From the NCBI GenBank assembly GCA_039621445.1, contig CP154954.1:43937847-44001846 (forward strand): a stretch of DNA of 64,000 nt, in the 5' to 3' direction. Source of the stretch: Euglena gracilis (taxonomy: Eukaryota). Both the position numbers and the translations under genes were made by a program. The notes below the pieces were generated by a model, which made no database searches, was not told the DNA's origin, and worked only from the letters and a program-made list of their open reading frames with translations. Positions 12,401 through 22,100 of the stretch are shown in pieces; within the stretch, counting starts at the first letter, position 1, and each line of letters opens with the position of its first letter.

Positions 12401-13900
12401 GGGGTCTAAAGAATAATCCCCCCTGTCCATTTCCCACCTGCTGATGGGGTCTGCTAGGCATTCCTTTGAAGGCACCCAGTTGACTTGGAGGTTTACTTGG
12501 TGCTCCATGCACCACTTGAAAAATGGTCTTAGCATTTGTTGAAGGGGTCCTTTCTGCCCCCACCTTTTGTTAGGTAAAAGTAAATTACCTGGTTGTCCAC
12601 TGAAAAGGAAACGGTTTCCCCAGGTTTGCTCAAACTTTTCACAGTGCTGATTGCTGCACTGAGCTCCTTTACATTGATGTGCAAAATGGAGTCTTTTCTC
12701 CAAAATTCCTGCACAATTTCTCCTGTGTGGATGTCTAGCCCCCCCCAGGAATGGGTGCTGCTGTCTGAGTGCAACATTCTGGTTGCATTTTGGGGGAAGG
12801 GTCTGCCCCCCCAGGTGTCCAGGAGAATTTTTATTTCCCTTGATTGGGCTTTGATTTCCTGGAAAATGGGGTGTTTTGAGTCCCAAGGGGCTGTGGACTT
12901 TGCCACGAAAAAAATTGCCAGGGTGTCTGTAAAAGCCCTTAAAAAGGGCAGGGCCATTAGGTTGCATCTTATTTGGCCCAAAATGGCAGCCAACTGCCTT
13001 TTTGGCATGTAATCTTTTTTCACGATTTTTCCCAGCTCCTTTTTTATGGTTTTGACTTTCAGGGGTGGCACCTGTAGCTTTCCTTCCTGGTAGTTCAGTT
13101 GAAAACCCAGATGGGTTACCACTTGTGTGGGCTGGAGGGTGGACTTTTTACATTGATTTTGAACCCAGAATACAGCAAATCTTTGACAACTCTGTTCAGG
13201 TGATTTTGCAAATGTGCTTTGGGTGGGGGCCACCAGCAAAATGTCGTCCAGGTAAATAAACACCTGGATGCCTCTTTTTCTCCACAGCTTTTCGAACGTT
13301 TTCGTCACTGACATGAAATTTGGGGCATTACATTTAGCCCAAAGCAGCCTGTTTGAAATTCCCAGGTCTGCCCCCCACCTGATGCCTTAAAAATGGCCTT
13401 ACGCCTGGACGTAATGGAATATGAAAATAGGCATCCTTTAGGTCTATTTTTGCTGCCCAGTGGCCTTTTTCCAAAACTGGAAAAATGTGCTGGATATGAT
13501 CCAGCTTGAAAGGTTTTACTTGAAACTGCTGATTTATTTCTCTGCAGTCGCTGATCATTCTCCACTTGGTTGTTCCTCCTTCTGGTTTTGAAATTAAAAA
13601 CCATGGGATCAAATGCTGGGTTTTTGAGTCCCAAACTCGTTTCACTGCCCCAGTTTTTTCGTAATCCAACAGGATTTTTTCTGCCTGGTTCAGGTCTAGG
13701 TTGGCTCTGGGTTTTGGGTGGGTGGACAATTTTGGGGGATTCACCCAGGGGGGTTGAATTCCATTTTCTATCAATTGACATGTTGCTGGGGGGTATTTTT
13801 TGTCCACCATTTTAGACTTTTCTGAAGTCTTTGGTACAGGGGGGTGTCTCCCCATTTTTCCTCCATGGAGTGTATTTTCCCAACTAGATGATTTTCTGGG
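12400..13900 (-). pseudogene. Reverse transcriptase and RNase H of the DIRS-like element (frameshifted)
   Basis: RT motifs WFLISKP...WRMISDCREIN, KIDLKDAYFHI and VFIYLDDILL. RNase H motifs LHSDSS..SWG, HINVKEL, SVDNQV and WVPS..CLADPISR. Confidence 0.92.
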
Positions 13901-13940
13901 TGCTGGGTGGGGGGTGTTGGACATCGCACCCCTGGTGCCA

Positions 13941-15085
13941 CTAGGGATTGAGTATTCTCTGAAGGTGGCTGGGGGGTGTGCATGCTCTGCTCACAGACTC
14001 TCTGATCCTCCACTTCGTCATTGGCGTTGCCGATTGACATACCATAGGGGCCCCATTTTGGGTCTCCCCCTTGTTTTGGTTTGCCCCTGCCATGGGCATT
14101 GACAAAGAATTTTGAGGGGGGGGTTGCCCCCTTGTCCTCCACTGCCCCTGTGGGAGCATCCTCCTGGGGCTGCCACCGTACATTGAAACCCCCTGCTGGG
14201 GGACAGCCTTTTAGCTTCTGGGGGTTCTCCCCTTCTGATAATTGATGGCCCCAGTGGCCTTGAATTTGTCGTTGTTGAGGATGGTGTTGGGCCCAATGGC
14301 CTTGATAAGAATGACAATGGCCCCAGTGGCCTTGATGATAATTCTGGCCCCGCTGGCCTTCTTGATGTCCCCATTGACTTCTCTTTGATCTTGGGCGCCA
14401 TGCCCATTGAAAATCTTGGGAGGCCTCTGGGGGCCAATCCTTTTCCCCTGATTGGGTTTGTGATGAATAAATGGTTGGGGGGGTTGTGGACCTGTCCTGC
14501 CCCTGCCACTGGGCATCTGTTTGTGGAATCGGCCACCCTGGCCTTGGTATTGTTGGCCACCCTGGCCTTCCATCGGCCGCCATGGCCATTGCTGTTGTGG
14601 CCGCCATGGCCCAGTTTGCTGTTCTGGCCGCCATGGCCCAGCTTGAACAAGGGATTGGTGTAACTGGCATAATGTTGGCCCCAATGGCCCTGGCGCCAAT
14701 GGCCGTAGTGGCCTGCTGGTTGTTGCTTCTGCCCCTTTCGGGGTCTTCTGACCACTGTCTGCCAGGGTCCGTGGCCATCGCTTTCGGACTCCCAAGACAG
14801 AGGAAGGGGGAGGAAGGGACCAAGAGGGCGAAGCACAAGAAGATGGTGAGGTCCTGCTTTCTTTTGTTGCCGGCAAGGAAAGCAGGACCTCACCATCTCG
14901 CAGTGCGGAGCCCGAATGGTCTGGGGGGCTTGGGTTCTGTAAATTTCTGTGGGGGAAATTTCTTTTGGGGAAGGGGCAGCCACGGTTCGCCACAGTTGAC
15001 CCGCGTCGTCAGGTTGTCCAGCTGCTGCTGCTGCTCCCTCTTGAAGTTCTCCAGCGCTGTGCTTCTTTGAAGTTGCATCTGTCAT
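13941..15085 (-). pseudogene. Possible ORF1/gag-like region of the DIRS element
   Basis: Long overlapping ORFs upstream of the RT, with no diagnostic motif. Position-based call. Confidence 0.35.
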
Positions 15086-16131
15086 TGAATTCTTTCGAAA
15101 AAGTCAACAACTTTTGATTTGAAGTTCTTCACGAGCGTGACTTTCTGGATAATTTGAATAGATTGATTGTCTTCTTCTTTTCTCAATTGGTGAGGTATTG
15201 GTGAGGTACTAAGCGGGACCTCCTAACCCAGCGCACCCAAACAATCCAAACAACACTGCCGGCGAGCAAGGCATGGCCTCACAAGGGCAAAGTGCGGAGC
15301 CCGAGGTGTCGGCTGATTCCTAATTCTGCCCTTCGACCTCAAGGAGAAAGAATTTTACTTCAACGAGTACAAGCGAAATTATTTACGAGGAGTACTACGT
15401 TCACGAACTACAATCACTTTATCAACTGGTGGAGCGAACTTTTTTTTTCGGACCTTCAACTTCCTGGAGGAAGAATTCAGCTCTTCGAGTTCAACTGGAA
15501 TTATTTCCAGAAGCATTGCAAATACTAAGAAAGATCAATAACTGGACTTCCATGAAGAATGAATCTGAAAGCTAAGGAGAACCTCAAAGAATTGGGGAAA
15601 GGTATGTCCAACTTTCCCCCCAGGAATTTCAGACACAAAACCCCCAGGGGCAGCAAGCCAATGCCAAAAACAGGCCATGGTGGCCTATATGGGGAATCAA
15701 GAGGGACAGAGAAGAGACAAGAGAAGTCCTGGAGAGAAGGCCAATGGAGGCCATTGCTGCCAGCGTGGGTTCGGATCGCTGGTTCTGTGGCAGAACCAAA
15801 ATAGGGGCGAGGCATTTGTTCGGCCTGTACAGCAAGGAGAGGGGGGCGGTGGGGGGGCAGGGAAGGGAAAGGGGACGGCGGGGCCACTGAGGCCGGCTCC
15901 GGTGTCACTTGGACGGTCCACCCACCAGGGGGACGCGTCGAGGGCCGAAGCGCCTGCGCATCCCCCAGCGGGGCCGTGGCAAGGGGCGTGGCGCGGGATT
16001 GGTTCGGGAAGTGCATTGCGGAAGGGGGGGCAGAAGACAGGGGAGGCGGGGGTACAACAGGAACACGCCAGACGGGGGAGGACAAGGTGCAATGATGGAG
16101 CGCAGGGGGTGTGTGGGACGGGGCCAGCCAG

Positions 16132-19100
16132 TCAGTCCTCCTCGTCGTCCCACCCCGACGCCTGGGTGGGGGACGGCACCTCCATGTCGACGCGGTACTG
16201 CCAGTTCGGGTCCCCCGGCTTGCCTCCAGGGGGTGGGCAGTGGGGGAGGGGGCACTGGCCGATGGGGAGGGCCGGGGGAACCGGGGGGACGTTGAACGTA
16301 GTGGAAACAATTGAGGCCAAAATGCCTGGAGGAAGGTGGGGGCCAGGGGTAGTGGGGTAAGGACCCTTGCTCCCTGGGCGATGCGCTTCTTCTCAAATTC
16401 GAGGTCCATCTTGGCTTTGACCGCCTTCAGCTGCTCCTCATCGATGGTGTTGAAGTCCCCTGCAGGGTCCTGTGACAAAATGACACCCCCCCCATGCATC
16501 GGTCAGGAAACAAATGCTCCACAGACCCCCCTTGTCCAACGACCACTAATGTTCATCTCCGACGGGGGGGGGGGCGCCAAAAACAGCAAACGTTCAGGGG
16601 GGAGGGGGCGTTGGACAGGGGACCCTGTGCCGGCAAAAAATTGGCCACAGCTGGGGCATGCGGCCATTTTGGGCTGCTTTTTTTTTTACCATTTTTGGCA
16701 TTGTTGGCCATTTTTGGCATTGTTGGCCATTTTTGGCCATTTTTTGGCCATTTAGGCGGCTTTCTTGGCTACTTTTCGTCATTTTTGACTGTGTTTGGCC
16801 ATTTGTTTTAATCAAACTTTTAGCGCGAAATGCACAAAAAAAAAACGTCGACCGTCAAAATGGTGCCAAAAAAATGTGACCAGCCCCTGGGACCAGGTCA
16901 GCTGGGTTCCCCACCCCCAAAAACCCCATTGTTGCAGGAACAGGCTTGTGCTTACCGACCGGGGGGGGGGGGTGCCATAGGGTGCCTGCTTGGGCTGGGG
17001 GCTTCCCCCCGGCCCGGGAACCCATTGGGGGTCAACGTTTCCCGAGCCCCCCCCCCCCTCATTGATGGGGTAAAGGCAAAGTCCGAGCCAAGAGGATGAA
17101 GGAAAATTGCCAGAGAAAAGGAGGACGGCGGTAAAGAAGTCTCGAAGCAGCTTGTAAGCACACCATCCCCCAAACTTGTCACCCCCGGACACTTGTGGGA
17201 CATGTATGGGACCTCCGCAAAGGGTCCAAGGGTCCACCAAAAGAAATTTGTCGAGCCCAAACCTTGTCCACCCCCCGAACTGTCCCTACCCAGGCCAGTG
17301 TTAGCCTGGGTATGGGAGAAGATCAGAGGGGGGGATGGTACCCGCGCCCCCCCCCCGGGCAATTGACGCCCCTGGTGGTCATTTGGATTAAATGTGATTT
17401 ACATGGATGGGCAATTGAAGCCCCCGGGCAATTGACGCCCCTGGGCAATTGTCACCCCACTCTGTGCCGGCCAGATTGTCACCCCGGGAAATTGTCACCC
17501 CCCTCCGTGCTGCCCAATTTGTCACGCGACAATTGCCCGGGGGGGGGGGGGGGGCGGTAATCAAAACCTTGTTTCATTCTCCTCGGTTGCAAAGAAAAGG
17601 GTCCTCGGTGCACCACTTGCAACAGAAAACGACCTGCCAGCAACATCACAATCTCGCACACTTACATCAATTTTAGTCATTTTAGAAAATTTGTGATCAT
17701 TTTTGGGGACATTGGCCTTTTTCTTGCCATTGTTGTGGGGCATTTTCAGCATTTTTAGCGGTAGTGCCAACAAATTTCAACAGAAAACTTCTGTGAAACA
17801 TACAAATGTAAAAAGCCAGATTAAACCACACAATTCTTCCTTCGCACACATAAAGATCGCACATGATCGGGGGGTCATCAATTGTTGCCCGTCAGTCGCC
17901 CGGTCGTTGGACAAGGGGGGCGGGAGGTAAATGCACACACACAAACACACACACACACACATGATGGCAAACTGAATGCAAACACCACACATGCCTCGCG
18001 CACACATGCACGCACACACGTGCACATGCACGCATGCACACCTGCGCATACCCACGCATACCTGCCCCCCCCCAGGCCATTGTCGCGCGACAAATTGGGC
18101 AGCACGGAGGGGGGTGACAATTTCCTGGGGTGACAATTTGGCCAGCACACAGGGGGGTGACAAGTGCCCAGGGGCGTCAATTGACCACCCATGTAATCCA
18201 CATTAACACCAAATGACCAAAATCACCATCTAAAACACAAGTGAACACGCAAAAATGCAGCTATGGTTGTGATATTGTGCAGAACATTTGGTATGTGAAA
18301 GTTCTCAGCACGTTGTAGCAAAATAGCAGATCAATCGAGTCGTGTCGGCGAAAAGAAGCTCACAGGCATCTTCTGTGGGGGGGGGGGGGGGACAAATTGG
18401 GCAGCACAGAGAGGGGTGACAATTGCCCGGGGGCGTCAATTGCCCGGCGGGTAAGACACAACCAAACGCCGCAACTAACCCACTTCAAGGGCAGTGCCCT
18501 GGCCGGCTTCATCCCCCTCCAGGGCGATGCCGCCCAGGCGGCCGCCCCCCTCTGCATCGTCGCTGTTGGCGGAGGCGCCGCGGGGCGGAGGGGCCGGTGG
18601 TTCCGCCCCACCGGGGCCTGAGCTTCCCTTTGGGGACAGAGAGGCCAGCGGGCACGGCGTACCGAGTGTGTCCCGGCCGCCTCCATGCATACGTGTAGGG
18701 TTTTGTATCTCAGGGAACTACGGCAGGCAATTTCCGTCCGGCTGTCATTTGGGGGAGTTGATGCTGCCCTGTGACGACCCTGAAAGAGACGAGTGCCATA
18801 TCCCGCTGGCAAGGTAGCCGCCTGCCCCCGCTAGACGATTGCTCCACAACGCATGGAGTCTATGCAACCAGGTTTGGGGGGAAGTGAATTGGGGAAAAGA
18901 GGAGGATTTCGTGACACACACACCCACCCACCCACCCACCCACCCAAGCACACCTTAGGCCCCCCGCCTCATTTCCCCGTTGCCACAGCCCAGGTGGCGC
19001 AGAAAACCCATCACAGCAGCGGCCCTCCTGGGTGGCATGTGCCGCTGCAAGACCTCCAGGAGGGGCACGAGTCGTTCCACCGTCAGCACGTCTGGGTGGA

Positions 19101-22100
19101 CCTTCACCAGCCGCTCCGCCAGCGCCCCGCAGCCGGTGGCGGGGGTCAAATGCCGCTGCCCGCAGAGCCGGGTCTCGCCACACAACGGTTTTTAATTGTG
19201 TGTTGGTGTGTGGTGTGAGCTGCCCAGTGGGGGGGGGGGGTTGAGTGAATGAGTGAGTGAGTGAGGGTGTGGTGTGTGTGGGTGGGTGGGCAGGTGTGTT
19301 TGTGTGCGTGCGGGTTTGTGTTTGTGCATGTGTTTGCGCGCGTTACGGTGCCCCATGGTGGTGCGTGTGAGGGCGAGCGTTTTTTTTGAAAGAAACACAT
19401 TTATTTCCTCAAAAAAAAAAACGTGTCTTAAAACACCCTGTCAAAAAACGATGACCATCCAAGGGGGGCTGGGTAGCCCAGTTCAGTTCACTTTGGGGGC
19501 AGCATACGGCTGGTCTACGGCTGGCCAACGGTGTGACGGAAGCTGGTGTCAAGCAAATTTGAGTAGCAAATGCCTAATTTGGTGTCCGTTCCGAATTCCT
19601 GACTTTAGTGTGCCAATCCCTTTTTTGAGTGCAAATTCCTAATTTTGGGTGCAAAACACTGAATTTTGAGTGGTGATCCCTTACTATTTGATGAGTAATT
19701 TTGAGTGGGAAATTCCTAATTTGTGACAAGGCTCCTAATTTTGAGGAGCGAATGCCAAATATGGGTTGGCAAATGCCTATTGGGTGTAAAATCCTATTCT
19801 CGGGTAATTCTGTGAGGCAAATTCCTAATTTGGTGTGCAAAAATGCATTATTATTTGGGTGAAAATTGCTCAATTTCAGTGGCTAATACTAAATTTGGTG
19901 TGCAAATGCTTTATGTTGGGTACCAAGTCTTCAGATGAGAGCTGATGATTGACAAATTGGGGCAATGCAATAGTTTTTGAAAAAAAATTGCAGCAAGGTG
20001 AATCTTCTATACATCCCCCAAATGCCAAATGAGTGCTAAATGAGGTAAACCCCCCAAATAACCTGCCAGGGTGCCTGGCTATTGGAACCAACTTTTGGCC
20101 CTGCACCCCCCAGCCAGGTTATTTGGGCCCTTTTTTCAGCGCCATAAAGGAATTTTGCCTAAAAAGGGGGGTTCAAGCAGGCAAGGACAGTCATCCCCAG
20201 TTTTTGGCCTCCCGTGGGGTCCGGTGGGATCCAGTGGGATCCGGTGGGATCCGGTGGGTTGCCTTGGGGGGGGGGGGGGCCGGGAAAAAAACACATGCAA
20301 CAAAGTGGTTTGCCCACAGATATTCTTGTTCAAACCATGCAGTAGGTGCACAGCACAACCAATGCATGGCCCCTGGGGTCAGAGCCTTGGCCTCTTTTTT
20401 TTTGTCCCACATGAGTCATCTGTTTGCTCAGTTTTATGGGCCCAGCCAGGTGCTCGGGACCTTTTGCCCCGTCGCCACATGGGATCACCATTACTGTACT
20501 CATTGCTCACCCTAGGGTCCTCGGTTTCATCCGGGGGGGGGGGGGACACCCGCAAAAGCGCCATTGATCACAAAATTGCAATAAAAATGCATTTTGAGTG
20601 AATTTGGTCATTTTTAGGTGTTTTTGTTCCAAATCACCTGGTTTTGCCACCAGATCTCGCCAAGTCTGTACCAATGGTCACCGAATCTGTGCAAGTGGCC
20701 ACAAAATGACCAAAAGTCACCAAAGAGGGGCAAAAAGTGGAAAAGAAGCAGTCCTAAAATGGACAAAAATGTGCAAAAACAGCCAGAAACAGCCAAAGAT
20801 AGGCATAAATGAAGCAAAAATGCATTCAAACAGCCAAAAGTGGTCTGAATCGCCAAAATGCAGTCCAAAGTGGCCAAAAGTGGCGAAAGGTGGTTCAAAA
20901 TGGCCAAAGGAGGCCAAAAATTGCTGATTTGCAGGCAACCAGACAAAAAAAGAATAGAAATAAACCACAGATGGGGTACTGGTGGAAACTTGTGAAAATT
21001 GCATATTCGGAAATGATTCTTCCACGCAGTGCGCGGTGCGCCACGCGGTGCACGCGGTGCGGAAGCATCCCCAATGACCACCAAATATTTGCCATTGAAT
21101 AATTTCCTGCAACTTTTTTTGACCTGAAGGAGCTGGTCTTTTATAATAATTAAAAAAAAGGCAATCCATTGTTTGTGCATCCCTCTTTCAGCATGAGACT
21201 TCAGGGCCATAAATACAGAAGAATGGAAAAAAAAATCTCCGGTGGGATCCAGTGGGATCCGGTGGGATCCGATGGGGTCCGGTGGGAACCCACTAGTCAA
21301 ATGGTCAAAAAAAACCCGGTGGGATCCGGTGGGATCCGGTGGGATCCGGTGGGATCCAGTGGGATCCGGTGGGATCCGGTGGCTGTCCTTGCCTGGTTCC
21401 AAGTTACTGGAACCATCTTTTTTGCCCCTCCCCCCACCAAGTTATTCGGCCCCCGCCAGGAGCAAAGCTATTGGGGGGGAGGGGGGAGGTAGTGGGGGAA
21501 AATGGGGTGAAATTCCTAAAAAAAAAATCTCATTCAAAAATGAGAAGATTTAATGGCTTCCTTTGAATAAAACAGCATGGGAAATTTGGGTCCCCTTGTC
21601 AGGCAACATTGTTTTGTTTTGGAAAAACTCTGCCAACACCTGCAATTGTTTGAGCAGTAAAATAATTGACCATGCCTGAGTCGTGAGAGTAAATGACTCT
21701 CTTCTGGAATGAATTTTTTTTGCCGTCATTTGTTCGTTCATCGTCGTTTGAAATGTTAAGTCTGATGTCTGATGTCCAAGTCAAATGGAGTGCCATTGAT
21801 CCCTGCCGCCCTTGTGCCAACGGATGGTCAGAATATAATTAGGGCGTCGCTTCAGCCGGAACTAGCAGCCTTTTTCCTAGCGACGGTCTCAGCGCTGAAC
21901 GGGAATCCCTAAAATCCAATAGGTGTTGTGGGGGGATGCTTGAGGGAGTTATCCCCTCCAAACAAACACGGGGGGATCTTGAAAGCAAATTTTAAAAAAA
22001 TGCTCATTCTTGAAATTTCTTGAACTTTCTCCATATGGAAAATACCCAAACTTCATGCCTTACCCCCCCCCCCCTATGTCCAACGACCCCCCTATGTCCA

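Larger units (their letters stand above)
3890..15340 (-). mobile_element. DIRS/PAT-like tyrosine recombinase retrotransposon (frameshifted; interrupted by an LTR element)
   Basis: Minus-strand order is ORF1-like region, RT, RNase H, Dam-like MTase, YR. Repeats link 3890-4690 with 14800-15340. Outer boundaries approximate. Confidence 0.88.

Noticed and set aside
21838-21913. Hammerhead, HDV or pistol ribozyme call
   Set aside because: Some pairings fit, but the conserved cores (CUGANGA+GAAA; HDV L3 and J4/2; pistol P1) are not all present.
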